A stretch of DNA of 64,000 nt from an uncultured Candidatus Entotheonella sp. (GCA_965217185.1 OZ244252.1:1536001-1600000), one strand, 5' to 3'. Counted from the stretch's first letter, positions 29,406-39,344 are shown. The notes: generated by a model from the letters alone, not told the origin. Numbers and translations: made by a program.

Positions 29406-29471
29406 ATGATTACGCAACGATCCACACCTGACAGTAGGCGTATAGGTTCCGAAGCAGGAGATTTTCAATGA
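29406..29471 (+). CDS. Putative 21-aa leader ORF or remnant, coupled to the lipoprotein start
   Basis: GGGAG Shine-Dalgarno, then MITQRSTPDSRRIGSEAGDFQ*; the stop overlaps the next ATG (ATGA). Confidence 0.35.
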   Translation: MITQRSTPDSRRIGSEAGDFQ

Positions 29472-31042
29472 GCTCAGCGTGGATGAGACAAGCGAGACTG
29501 GCCGTTGTAATGGCGGCGTCCGTGTTGGCGATGGTTGGCTGCTCGACCTCCGGTAGCGACAATTTGGCGCACGTGGCACGAATGGCGGCGGAGAAAGAAT
29601 CAGCAAGGGCCAAGCAACTTCTGGCCGACACGCAGTTTGTCTCGGCGGTGGCGAATGCCATGGAGAAAATCGTTGCCCGCGACCAGCGGTTCGACAGCGA
29701 TATGGAAGGCACCACCGGCCGGCTCTTGCCCGGCGGTGATACCGCCTCGGGTTCCGGGGAGGCCATCACGTCCCAATCGTCCCGGGACGGTGGATATGTC
29801 ACCAGTAGCGTTCCGTGGCGCAACGACGACGGGCAATTGGAGTTTTACGTCGAGATAGCCCCTTACGTACAACGCGAGCCCGAGGTGTTAACAACCAGAT
29901 ATGTTGATACGTCCTACCGCCATGGGGAGTTTGAAGGCTTCAAGACTTCATACGGCCCGCTCGACAATCATGGCCTGGGAGCCGGGTGGCAAGGATTCAG
30001 GGCGACGAACCTATACGATGGCGGCGGGACCCTGACGATCCAATTCTATACCGACGTGGGCGATTCCGACGTGCTGGGGAGGCCGTGGGCCAACGATGTT
30101 TCCCAGCGACCGGAGGCGCGGCAGGACATCGTCCTGGACGACCTTCCTTCCCTTCCCGCCGGCCAGGATTGGCGGTCCATTTCCCTCCCGCCAGAGGGCT
30201 TGGCGGGCTCGTTGAACGGTGCCGAGGGCCGCTTCACATGCCTCTCGGGTGCGGAATGCTCGCTCGACAACGAACGTCTGCTGCCGAATTGGCAGGGCTA
30301 CCATCCGGGATACGACAGTTCCAATCACGTGATATTCACTCCAGCGGATGGCGGCATGCCGGTCCGACTTTCCGGCTCCGGTTCCCAAGCGGTACCGCCG
30401 GGGGATTATCTCAGCTTCGGCAACTGGCTGTACGTTCCGGTAGACGTGACCAATACCGATGCCTTTGAAATCGGCGTGTTCGCAGCCGGCCGCGACCCGT
30501 TCGCCGAGACGAACTTGATGGCTCTCAGCGGCACTGCAACCTACACCGGCAAGGCTGCAGGGATCTACTCCGCCGCAGCGCGTCCAATTTCCCAATCTTT
30601 CCATGCCGACGTGGAATTGACGGCTGATTTCGGGACGGACAGCGAATTCGGCACGGTCGACGGGCGGGTATCCGACTTCGTGCTGGATAGTGGAGCGCCG
30701 GCGGCTCTGAGGGAACTGCGTCTGCTGGCGGCGTCCTGGCGGGATGCACAAGGAACGTCGAACGTATTTCCGTCGCAGGATACCGACGGCCCTGCCTTAC
30801 CCGGCGGCTGGATTGAGGGATATACGGCTGCCGATGGCGGCTGGTGGGGCATCTGGGGCGGGAGATTCTTTGGGAACGGCGTCACCAGCACGGACATCCC
30901 GGCTTCCTACGTCGAACATCCGAGGTCCTTTGCCGGGACGTTCGGTGCCACGGACGGCAACCGCAGCTTTGCCGGTTCTTTCGGAGCGCATAAGACCAGC
31001 AGGTAGACCCACATGGACACCAATCCTGGTTCCGAAGCAGGA
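29445..31042 (+). repeat. 15-bp direct repeat pair bracketing the lipoprotein gene
   Basis: ggttccgaagcagga at 29445-29459 and 31028-31042. Confidence 0.85.
29468..31006 (+). CDS. Surface lipoprotein with TbpB/transferrin-binding-like C-terminal beta-barrel
   Basis: Lipobox MVGC; ATYTGKAAG, ADVELTADF, WGGRFFG and FAGSFGA motifs of TbpB-barrel-like lipoproteins. Confidence 0.7.
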   Translation: MSSAWMRQARLAVVMAASVLAMVGCSTSGSDNLAHVARMAAEKESARAKQLLADTQFVSAVANAMEKIVARDQRFDSDMEGTTGRLLPGGDTASGSGEAITSQSSRDGGYVTSSVPWRNDDGQLEFYVEIAPYVQREPEVLTTRYVDTSYRHGEFEGFKTSYGPLDNHGLGAGWQGFRATNLYDGGGTLTIQFYTDVGDSDVLGRPWANDVSQRPEARQDIVLDDLPSLPAGQDWRSISLPPEGLAGSLNGAEGRFTCLSGAECSLDNERLLPNWQGYHPGYDSSNHVIFTPADGGMPVRLSGSGSQAVPPGDYLSFGNWLYVPVDVTNTDAFEIGVFAAGRDPFAETNLMALSGTATYTGKAAGIYSAAARPISQSFHADVELTADFGTDSEFGTVDGRVSDFVLDSGAPAALRELRLLAASWRDAQGTSNVFPSQDTDGPALPGGWIEGYTAADGGWWGIWGGRFFGNGVTSTDIPASYVEHPRSFAGTFGATDGNRSFAGSFGAHKTSR

Positions 31043-34039
31043 TCGGCCGTCGATCCATCGGTAGCCAGAAGTTTCGTTCAACTCCCCCCAAGACAGCTCG
31101 CGCTGGCGGTGAGCGGCGTAATACTGGCAATGTTCCTGTCCGTCCTCAGCCAGACCATTGTCGCCACCGCGATGCCTCGCATCATCGCCGACCTGGGCGG
31201 CTTCGACCGCTACACCTGGGTGTCAACCGCATATCTGGTTGCAGCCACGGTCGCCATTCCGATTGCGGGCAGGCTCTCCGATATCTACGGGCGCAGGGCG
31301 TTCCTCATCCTCGGCCTGGTGGTTTTCACGCTCTGCTCGATTCCGGCGGGTCTGAGCCAATCCATGAATCAACTCGTCGCCTCCCGCGCCCTGCAAGGCA
31401 TCGGCGGCGGCATCATCACCGCCAGCTGCTTTGCCGCCGGCGCGGACCTGTTCCCGCCCCGGAATCGAGGCAGGTTTCAAGCCTTCGCGGGGCTTGCGTT
31501 TGGCATCGCTGCGGTCATGGGGCCGCTGCTGGGCGGGTTCATCACCGACTTCTTTGCCTGGAACTGGATCTTCCTGTTGAACGTTCCTGTCGGGGTTGCG
31601 GTGCTGCTGGTCGTGCAAGCCTTCCCGAGAATCCGTCCCGAGGTCGAGGATCGCCGGCTGGACTATCCCGGCATGTTGACGTTGATACTTGCTGTGGTGT
31701 CCATCATGGTCGGCCTGTCATGGGGACACGGCGCCTCGGCGCCGGCCATCGGCCTCGTGGCATTCGGGGTGGCCATGGCCGCCGCATTCATAATCATCGA
31801 GTCAAAATCCGATTTTCCCATCATGCCCCTGGAAATCTACCGGGACCGGACGGTGGCGGTCTCGGTGATCGTCGTGTTACTGACCGGCTTTGGGCTTTAC
31901 GGCAGCGTCCTTTTCACCCCCTTGTTCTTTCAGGGAACCCTGGACACGTCCGCGGCGGGCAGCGGCAGCGTCCTGGCCCCGATGGTGTTCGGCCTGGTCT
32001 TCGGCGCCGTTCTGTCGGGACAACTGATCGCCAGGACCGGTGGACGCTACAGGCTGCAGGCCATTGTCAGCACGGGGTTGATGGCGGTGGGGATGTACCT
32101 GCTCTCCACCATGAACGAGGACACGAGCCTGGCGCGCGGCATGGGATACGTTTTCGTTACGGGAATCGGGGTGGGCGGAACGCTGTCCACGTTCCGGCTC
32201 GCTGTTCAGAACTCGCTGCCGTTCAGGCTGGTGGGCACCGCGACGGCTGCCCTGCAGTTCTACAGGTTGCTGAGCGGCACGATAGGGCTCGCCGTGCTGG
32301 GCGCCGTGTTGACGCGCAGCCTCTCCGCGCGGTTGGACGACACGCTCCCGGAAAGCGTCAAGGCCGCGCTGCCGCCGGGCCGTCTCGACGCCATCAAGAA
32401 CGACCCTCGGGCACTGGTGGATCCGGTCGCGGCCGACGCTTTAGTGGCCGGACTCGAGGACATAGGGCCGGACGGCGCCGGGATGGCGGACATGCTTCTC
32501 GGCTCCCTCAATTCCGCCCTCGCCGGAGCGGTCGGCGACGTGTTCACCATCAGTGCAGGGTTGGTCGTGCTATCCCTCATCGCCGCGATGTTCCTGCATA
32601 CGCCGGCTCACGCACGCCGCGCCATGCAACCCTCGGAGCACATGGATCCGACGAGGAGGGCCGTCGTGCTGCGCAACGTGCTGGCCGCTGCCAGTGCGTT
32701 GGTCATCCTGTTCATGGGAGCCGTCGGCATGAAAGTGCTGGTCGGCTTGCGCGAGCCGCCGCCGCGTCAGGTCGTCGAGTATCCCGGACCCCTGGTGCGG
32801 GTGGTGAGCATCCAGTCGCAGGAAGTGTCGGTAACCGTCCAAGGCTTTGGCACGGTGCGGGCCAAACACGTCTGGAGCGTGGTGCCGGAAGTGTCCGGCC
32901 CCGTCGTGCGCCTCTCGCCCAACTTGCGGGCGGGGCTGCCGGTCAGGCAGGGCGACCTGCTGTTTGAGATCGACCCGCGTCCGTACCAGCTTGCCATGCA
33001 GCGCATTCGCGCCCGCGTGCGACAGCACGAAAAGGAAATCGCCGTGCTCATGCAGCAACGCGAGAACCACGTTGACACGTTGCAATTGGCCCGCAACGAT
33101 CTGGCCATCGCCGAGGAAGACCTGCGGCGGGACGAGGAACTGGCCCGCCGCGGCGCCATCTCGACGCGCGAGCGCAACCGCCGGCGCCGGATACGGAACG
33201 AGGTGATGCAGGCGGTTCAGACCGCCGAGCATCTTCTGGCCTTGACCGGTCCGCAGACCGAGCAGGCCGAAGCGGCCGTCGCCGTAGCGCGTGCGGACCT
33301 CGAAACCGCCGAATTGCAACTGAGCAAAACGCGCCTGCTGGCACCGTTTGACGGCCAAGTGATGAGTAGCACGCTCGACCTGGGAGAATTCGTCGGCGCC
33401 GGACGAGAAGTGGCTTCCCTTTACAGCGCGGAGGCGGTGGAGATTCCGGTAGCGGTGCCATTGGATGAATTGCGCTGGCTGCCGATGCTTGCCCCGGAGC
33501 ATTTCGCTCCCGCGCCCCGTGCCGTTCCCCAACCGGGCGCTTCGCTGCCGGCAGCCACGGTTCATTGGCACAGCGGCGGGCGCGATTATACGTGGCGCGG
33601 TGAAGTGGCGCGCTGGGAGGCGGGCATGGACTCGGGAACGCGGACCATGACTCTGGTCATTGAAGTGCGTGACCCATGGGCGTCGTTCCAGCCCGGCGCG
33701 TATCCCGCCCTGCAGCCGGGGATGTTCTGCCGGGTCGAAATTGCCGCCAGAGCGCTGTCCGATGCCGTCGTCATTCCACGCACGGCATTGTACGATGGGA
33801 ACACGGTTTTTCTGGCCGAGGATGGACGCTTGGCGCAGCGTCAGGTGGAAGTGGCGCGTTTCCGGCACGATGAAGCGATTCTCGGCGCGGGTTTGCAGGC
33901 AGGCGACAAACTGGTGGTCTCCGTCCTGAGCGCGCCGGTCGTCGGCATGAAGCTGCGGGTTCTGGGAGCTGAGCCCTCATCGGTTGATCCCACCGCGGTG
34001 GTAACGGAAAGTCTTCCGGTAAAACGTGGGAAACAATAA
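31013..34039 (+). CDS. DHA2 (EmrB/QacA-like) MFS transporter fused to an RND-type periplasmic adaptor (MFP)
   Basis: N-part has QTIVATAMP, GRLSDIYGRR, GPLLGG and WIFLLNVP. C-part has a TM anchor, PEVSGPV, VRQGDLLFEID, a coiled hairpin, LAPFDG, LQPGMF and VIPRTAL. No stop codon between the parts. Confidence 0.88.
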   Translation: MDTNPGSEAGSAVDPSVARSFVQLPPRQLALAVSGVILAMFLSVLSQTIVATAMPRIIADLGGFDRYTWVSTAYLVAATVAIPIAGRLSDIYGRRAFLILGLVVFTLCSIPAGLSQSMNQLVASRALQGIGGGIITASCFAAGADLFPPRNRGRFQAFAGLAFGIAAVMGPLLGGFITDFFAWNWIFLLNVPVGVAVLLVVQAFPRIRPEVEDRRLDYPGMLTLILAVVSIMVGLSWGHGASAPAIGLVAFGVAMAAAFIIIESKSDFPIMPLEIYRDRTVAVSVIVVLLTGFGLYGSVLFTPLFFQGTLDTSAAGSGSVLAPMVFGLVFGAVLSGQLIARTGGRYRLQAIVSTGLMAVGMYLLSTMNEDTSLARGMGYVFVTGIGVGGTLSTFRLAVQNSLPFRLVGTATAALQFYRLLSGTIGLAVLGAVLTRSLSARLDDTLPESVKAALPPGRLDAIKNDPRALVDPVAADALVAGLEDIGPDGAGMADMLLGSLNSALAGAVGDVFTISAGLVVLSLIAAMFLHTPAHARRAMQPSEHMDPTRRAVVLRNVLAAASALVILFMGAVGMKVLVGLREPPPRQVVEYPGPLVRVVSIQSQEVSVTVQGFGTVRAKHVWSVVPEVSGPVVRLSPNLRAGLPVRQGDLLFEIDPRPYQLAMQRIRARVRQHEKEIAVLMQQRENHVDTLQLARNDLAIAEEDLRRDEELARRGAISTRERNRRRRIRNEVMQAVQTAEHLLALTGPQTEQAEAAVAVARADLETAELQLSKTRLLAPFDGQVMSSTLDLGEFVGAGREVASLYSAEAVEIPVAVPLDELRWLPMLAPEHFAPAPRAVPQPGASLPAATVHWHSGGRDYTWRGEVARWEAGMDSGTRTMTLVIEVRDPWASFQPGAYPALQPGMFCRVEIAARALSDAVVIPRTALYDGNTVFLAEDGRLAQRQVEVARFRHDEAILGAGLQAGDKLVVSVLSAPVVGMKLRVLGAEPSSVDPTAVVTESLPVKRGKQ

Positions 34040-34041
34040 CC

Positions 34042-35388
34042 ATGCAATCCCGGCAACTTCTCAAAACGGATCCTCTTGCCATTACGAACGCCGCCGCGAG
34101 CAACCGAAACAAGGTGCAGCCCGAAGATCGGCCCGTCCATGACTGGTACCGCTTCGTACTATCGTTCCCCCCGCACTTGGTCCAGACCTACCTGCAACGC
34201 TTCGGGATCGGTTCTCTCGATACCGTTCTGGATCCCTTCTGTGGAACCGGCACGACGTTGGTCGAATGCAAGAAGTCGAGAATTTCCAGCGTAGGAATCG
34301 AGTCCAACCCGATGGCACGGTTCGCCAGTGCCGTGAAGGTCGATTGGTCGATTAGCGGTGGCCGGCTTCGGCAATATGCGGAGGCCGTCGGCTCTTCAAC
34401 GAGAAAAACCCTGACGCAGCAGGGCATTGCCGAATGGAACGACCTCCCACTCTTTACGGCGAGCGGCGGACCGCCCGACCCTCTCCTTGGCCTTTCTACC
34501 GCGCAGTCAAAGCTGCTGCTGAAGAATTCGATCAGTTCGCTCCCCTTGCACAAGACCCTGGTGCTCTTGGAAGCTATTGACAGACAAGGGATCTCACAGG
34601 AGCAGCAATATGGGCGTCTTGCTCTCGCCAATGCGCTTGTGAACCACATCGGCAATTTGAAATTCGGGCCGGAGGTAGGCGTCGGTCACGTCAAGCACGA
34701 TGCACGGGTCGTGGACGTCTGGATCGACATCATGCACACGATCGCCAGCGACATTGAGGCGCACAAAGATCGGGCTGGAATCCCCGCCAAGGTCATGGAG
34801 GCCGACGCACGGGATGCGGGCGAGGTTCTCGAACCGGAGTCGGTGAATACCGTGATTACCTCTCCGCCGTACCCAAACGAAAAAGATTACACCCGTACCA
34901 CCCGGTTGGAGTCGGTCATCCTTGGGCTTATCCGCAGCCGGCAGGACCTGCGTTCGTTGAAACAGAGCCTGATCAGGTCCAACACGCGCGGGGTCTACGT
35001 CACAGACACCGACCACTGCGAGATTGCGGACAACGTCAGGATTCAGCGGATTGCCGACGCCATTGAAGAACGCCGTATCCACTTGGGCAAAACGTCCGGC
35101 TTTGAACGCATGTACGCGCGGGTCACCCGATTGTATTTCGGTGGGATGCATCGCCACCTCGCGTCCCTGCGGCCTGCTCTCAGGCCAGGGGCAAAGCTCG
35201 CTTACGTTGTGGGTGACCAGGCCTCCTATCTGCGTGTCATGATCCGCACCGGCCAGATCCTTTCCGAAATTGCCGAGTCTTTGGGTTACGTCGTCACTGG
35301 GATTGACCTGTTTCGCACCCGGCCGTCCACCGTGACCGGCGAACAGTTAAGGGAAGAGGTCGTTCTGCTGGAATGGCCGGGTCACTGA
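34042..35388 (+). CDS. Amino-DNA methyltransferase (SPPY type, probably m4C)
   Basis: Motif I DPFCGTGT precedes motif IV ITSPPY. Confidence 0.9.
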   Translation: MQSRQLLKTDPLAITNAAASNRNKVQPEDRPVHDWYRFVLSFPPHLVQTYLQRFGIGSLDTVLDPFCGTGTTLVECKKSRISSVGIESNPMARFASAVKVDWSISGGRLRQYAEAVGSSTRKTLTQQGIAEWNDLPLFTASGGPPDPLLGLSTAQSKLLLKNSISSLPLHKTLVLLEAIDRQGISQEQQYGRLALANALVNHIGNLKFGPEVGVGHVKHDARVVDVWIDIMHTIASDIEAHKDRAGIPAKVMEADARDAGEVLEPESVNTVITSPPYPNEKDYTRTTRLESVILGLIRSRQDLRSLKQSLIRSNTRGVYVTDTDHCEIADNVRIQRIADAIEERRIHLGKTSGFERMYARVTRLYFGGMHRHLASLRPALRPGAKLAYVVGDQASYLRVMIRTGQILSEIAESLGYVVTGIDLFRTRPSTVTGEQLREEVVLLEWPGH

Positions 35389-35403
35389 TCAAGGAGGCCG
35401 CCC

Positions 35404-35980
35404 ATTCCTACGCAAAACCGTTACGCCACATCATCGAGGCAATTTTCCAAGCCAAATACCAGCCGGACGAGCGCAGTGTCGATTTTGAACGGGAAGATAT
35501 CGTCGCCTTTGCATCCGAGTTGAACGTCAACCTGCCCAAAAATCTCGGTGACCTCATTTACAGCTTCCGATACCGAACGGACCTGCCGGCCGGCATTCTG
35601 AGCACGGCTCCTGGCAGAATCATTTCCGTACCACGGTTCCCGGCATGGGACAGGTGGAGACCGACGAAATGTATGTGGGGGTGGACAGGAGCGGCGCGCA
35701 TTACGTAATACCCGTGCAAGCGAAGAGTGGGAACGACCGGCTCAGTCGCGTACAGATCGAGCAAGATGTCGCTCTGTGTGCGAGCAAATTGCCGTCGCTC
35801 ATCTGTCGCCCCGTGGGCGTCCACATGATGCGGACCGATCAGGTGGCGCTTCTCGAGTTTGAGCAGAATGACGACGACATCAGGGTTGTCGCGGAAAAGC
35901 ATTACCGGCTTGTACCGCCTGACGACGTCACCGATGAAGACTTGATGAGGTACCGGCAACGGATTTCAGACAGGGGATGA
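35404..35980 (+). pseudogene. Degraded type II restriction endonuclease
   Basis: AAGGAGG Shine-Dalgarno followed by ATT instead of ATG; -1 frameshift at about 35427; frame switch with apparent internal deletion at about 35613. Retains PKNLGDLIYSFRYR, QNHFRTTV, QVETDE...VQAK. Confidence 0.8.
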
Positions 35981-35998
35981 CGGTAAGGATCGTCAAAG

Positions 35999-37855
35999 TT
36001 ACGCCTGCACCGGTAGTACCACGTGCGACGGATGCTCCGGGTCGTGGTAGACCGTCTGGTGGGCTTCCTGGCAGCGTTGCTCCAGGCCGAGGGAACCGCC
36101 GGTGTTCGGGTTGACGTCGAAACGCGGCCAGTTGCTGCTGCTGACGTCGAGGCGGACGCGGTGGCCGGACTTGAAGACATTTGAGGTGGGATAGAGGAAG
36201 AAGACGAACTCGTACGCCTGACCCGGTGTGAGCAGTTTCGGCTTTTCATAGCTGTTGCGGTAGCGCGCCCGGATGATGGAATCCGTGATGTTGATAGCCA
36301 GGCCGTCCGGGTGCTCCGCGCTGGGCGGGTAGACGTCGATGAGCTTGGCAGTGAAATCCGTATCCAAGGCCGATGACGACGCCCACAGGTGCATCTCGAT
36401 GGGTCCGGCGACCTCAAGCGTCTTCTCGAGCGGCGGCGTCTCGAAGGTGAGCACGTCGGGCCGCGCGTTCAGCGGCAATGTATCCCGGCAGCCGAAGAAA
36501 TCGGCGCGGCCGCGCTGGTCAAAGCCGCCGGGCTGCATGGCGTCATCCACGGCGGAAATGCCGCCGCCGATGGTCGGCACGGGATTCCGGGGATCAAACG
36601 TATAGCGGCTGGGCTCAGAACCGCCGGCCGGCGGTTCGTGCGGCGACAGTAAGCCGTCGCTGTGCAGAAAATACGGCACAAAGCGCGTCTCCGGCAGCGG
36701 CCAGTCGGAGGCGTCGCGCCAGTAGCCGCCGTGATGGATGCGCCCCGGGAAATCGGCAGGGCCGCCCGGCGCCCCTTGGATGACGCGGCGGCCATCGCCG
36801 GTGCCCATGGTGAAAAAGCGCACCGGCGACCAATCCGCCGCTTCGCTGCGCAGGCCCTTCAGCCAGTGGTCGAACCATAGCAGCTTCATGTCCAGGTAAT
36901 TGACGTGCGCTTCCGTGCCGAAGTCGAGGTCGCCTGAGTACGTCACCTCATACTGACCATGCGTCCACGGTCCCATCAGCAGGTACTGCGGCGATTGCTT
37001 GAGGGCGCTGAGGCGCGTGTAGCTTTCGGGGGTGTTGCGGGCGTAGGAATCGTACCAGCCGCCCCAGTATAGTGTCGGCACATCGGCGTGCTCGTCGTAG
37101 TACTCGCTCGGCGTGTAGCCCCTGAAGCCCTTCCAGTAGTCGTCGTAATCCGCATGGGTGAGCACGTCCAAGGCCCAACGTTCATACGACGGCAGGCGGC
37201 GCAGCAGCGTCGTGCCGGCCTTGAGAGGGAACTGCCGCACCATCTCGGGAATCTTTTCCATGAGCACCTGCTGCAGCGCAGTCTTCAAGGCGGGATCGGC
37301 CTCGGCCTCCTTGCTGGTCGCCGCCATGCGAAAGGCATAGATCAGAAACCGCTGCTCCAGGGCGCCGTTGTGGCGCATGGAACTGTGGTAGTAATTCGAG
37401 GCGCCGACCGCCACGATCATCGTCGCCAAGTGCGGCGGGTTCAGCGTGGCCAGTGCGCTCTGGTCGCTGCCGGCGTAGGAATCGCCCATGGTGCCGACCT
37501 TGCCCGTGCTCCAGGGCTGGGTGCCGAGCCACTCCACCGTTGCGTAGCCGTCGTCCGCCTCCTTGGCGAAGGCGTACCACTCCCCTTCCGAGGCAAACCG
37601 CCCGCGTACGTCCTGAATCACACACACGTAGCCGCGCCGCGCAAAATACTTGCCCTTGGTCACTTGTGCCGGCGCCGCCTTGTTGTACGGCGTGCGCTCC
37701 AGAATTACCGGAAACGTCCCCGGCGCGCGGGCACCGTCGAGGGCGGGGAAATAGATGTCGGCGGCTAGTCTGACGCCATCCGGCATGGGGGTCACGATGT
37801 TATGCTCGATGGAGACGTTATATGCCTGATGGGATCCTTCGTAATTATTCGCCAT
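35999..37855 (-). CDS. CocE/NonD family hydrolase
   Basis: RTPY, QDVRGRFASEG, GDSYAG, GGWYD, GPWTH, SSSNWPRFD. Confidence 0.94.
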   Translation of the reverse strand: MANNYEGSHQAYNVSIEHNIVTPMPDGVRLAADIYFPALDGARAPGTFPVILERTPYNKAAPAQVTKGKYFARRGYVCVIQDVRGRFASEGEWYAFAKEADDGYATVEWLGTQPWSTGKVGTMGDSYAGSDQSALATLNPPHLATMIVAVGASNYYHSSMRHNGALEQRFLIYAFRMAATSKEAEADPALKTALQQVLMEKIPEMVRQFPLKAGTTLLRRLPSYERWALDVLTHADYDDYWKGFRGYTPSEYYDEHADVPTLYWGGWYDSYARNTPESYTRLSALKQSPQYLLMGPWTHGQYEVTYSGDLDFGTEAHVNYLDMKLLWFDHWLKGLRSEAADWSPVRFFTMGTGDGRRVIQGAPGGPADFPGRIHHGGYWRDASDWPLPETRFVPYFLHSDGLLSPHEPPAGGSEPSRYTFDPRNPVPTIGGGISAVDDAMQPGGFDQRGRADFFGCRDTLPLNARPDVLTFETPPLEKTLEVAGPIEMHLWASSSALDTDFTAKLIDVYPPSAEHPDGLAINITDSIIRARYRNSYEKPKLLTPGQAYEFVFFLYPTSNVFKSGHRVRLDVSSSNWPRFDVNPNTGGSLGLEQRCQEAHQTVYHDPEHPSHVVLPVQA

Positions 37856-38297
37856 GACCTTCCCTTTGCTCTTGAGCTGCCCGGATCATGCCGAAAGCGC
37901 CCGCTAGCAGTGCTTCCTGATCATGCAGGTGGGCGAGCTCATCGGCGCCATGAACGCCCTCATGGACCTCGAGGGAAGCCCAATCCAGGGCTGATTCATA
38001 GGTCTCGGCCAGTAGCGCCGACAGGTTTTCATCGCTGAGATACCAGCTGCCGGCCTGTCGCCGCTTGTTGACTGTTACAATTTGCCGCAAGGCATGCCGG
38101 ATAGACACCTCCCAAGATTTCGTGCTGCGGCCTTCAACTGCCTGTTTGATTCTATGGACAAGCAACACCCGCATATAGCTGGCGATCTTCTGAACTTTGT
38201 CGTCACGGCTCATCTCTTCCATTTCGTCCACAAGCGCCAAGGCAGTTTGCAGGTCACCCGATTCCAGGGCCTGGCGGATTTCCCAAAGTTCTTCCAT
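37845..38297 (-). CDS. DUF29 family protein
   Basis: MEEL...EMEEMSRDDK...LLVH...SWEVSI pattern; overlaps the CocE start by 11 bp. Confidence 0.78.
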   Translation of the reverse strand: MEELWEIRQALESGDLQTALALVDEMEEMSRDDKVQKIASYMRVLLVHRIKQAVEGRSTKSWEVSIRHALRQIVTVNKRRQAGSWYLSDENLSALLAETYESALDWASLEVHEGVHGADELAHLHDQEALLAGAFGMIRAAQEQREGHGE

Positions 38298-38486
38298 ACG
38301 CTTCGTCCTCTGAAATCGACGGTTCACGCCTTCCCGAGCGAGCCTCTTTCTTGGTTCGGTCCGCCATCATAACATAGGGTACGCGGGTCACGTTGAAGCC
38401 CTTCGGTGCTTCTGGTAGCGTGTGGCATGATGATGTAGTCAAAGCTAACAACAAGTGGTGTGACCCGCCATCAGGGGGAGAATACA

Positions 38487-39344
38487 TTGGGCAAGCTGGA
38501 CGGCAAGGTAACGATCGTCACGGGGGCAAGCCGAGGTATCGGGGCTGAAATTGCCAAGTTGTTCGCAGCGGAGGGCGGCAAAGTCGTCTGCGTGGCGCGG
38601 ACGGTGCAGGAAGGCACGCACCCGCTGGAGGGTTCGCTGGAAAAAACGGTCGCCGACATTCGAGCGGCGGGCGGCGAAGCCAGCGCGGTGCAGGCCAACA
38701 TCTCGCTGCCGGAGGAGTGCGAGGCGCTCGTGCAGGAGACTCGGCGGCTTTACGGCCCGGTGCAGGTCCTGGTCAACAACGCGGCCCTCACCTACTTCCT
38801 GCCGATACGGGATTATGCCCTGAACCGCTGGATGCGCTCGTGGGCCGTGAATCTCCACGCCCCGTTCATCCTCAGCCAGTTGGTGCTGGACGACATGGTA
38901 GAAGCCCGCAGCGGCAGCATCGTCAACATCTCGTCGGCCGCCGCGGTGGGGCCCGGCCGAGGGCCGTATCCCGACGACAGCAGCGCGTTGCGCGGCAGCA
39001 CCTGTTACGGCGCCGAAAAAGCGGCCCTCGAGCGCTTCAGCCAGGGCTTGGCGCACGAGGTCTACCCGTTCGGTGTCTCAATTACCTGCGTCTCGCCCTC
39101 GCTCGTCGTCCCGACACCGGGAACGGTGTTTCACAACCTCGTTACCGGCATGGACGACCCGCGCGGTGAGCCTCCCGAACTAATGGCGCAAGCGGCTCTA
39201 CTGCTGGCCACGGAACCGCTGGATGCCGTTACCGGACGAGTGACTTACAGCCAGCAAATTCTCCTGGAATACGGCCTGATCAAAGAGGGCAGAGGCCGCG
39301 GCGTGGATCCCAACATGCCGACGACCTGCTACAGCCAACGCTAG
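38487..39344 (+). CDS. SDR family oxidoreductase
   Basis: TGASRGIG, VNNA, YGAEK; TTG start with GGGGAG Shine-Dalgarno. Confidence 0.92.
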   Translation: MGKLDGKVTIVTGASRGIGAEIAKLFAAEGGKVVCVARTVQEGTHPLEGSLEKTVADIRAAGGEASAVQANISLPEECEALVQETRRLYGPVQVLVNNAALTYFLPIRDYALNRWMRSWAVNLHAPFILSQLVLDDMVEARSGSIVNISSAAAVGPGRGPYPDDSSALRGSTCYGAEKAALERFSQGLAHEVYPFGVSITCVSPSLVVPTPGTVFHNLVTGMDDPRGEPPELMAQAALLLATEPLDAVTGRVTYSQQILLEYGLIKEGRGRGVDPNMPTTCYSQR

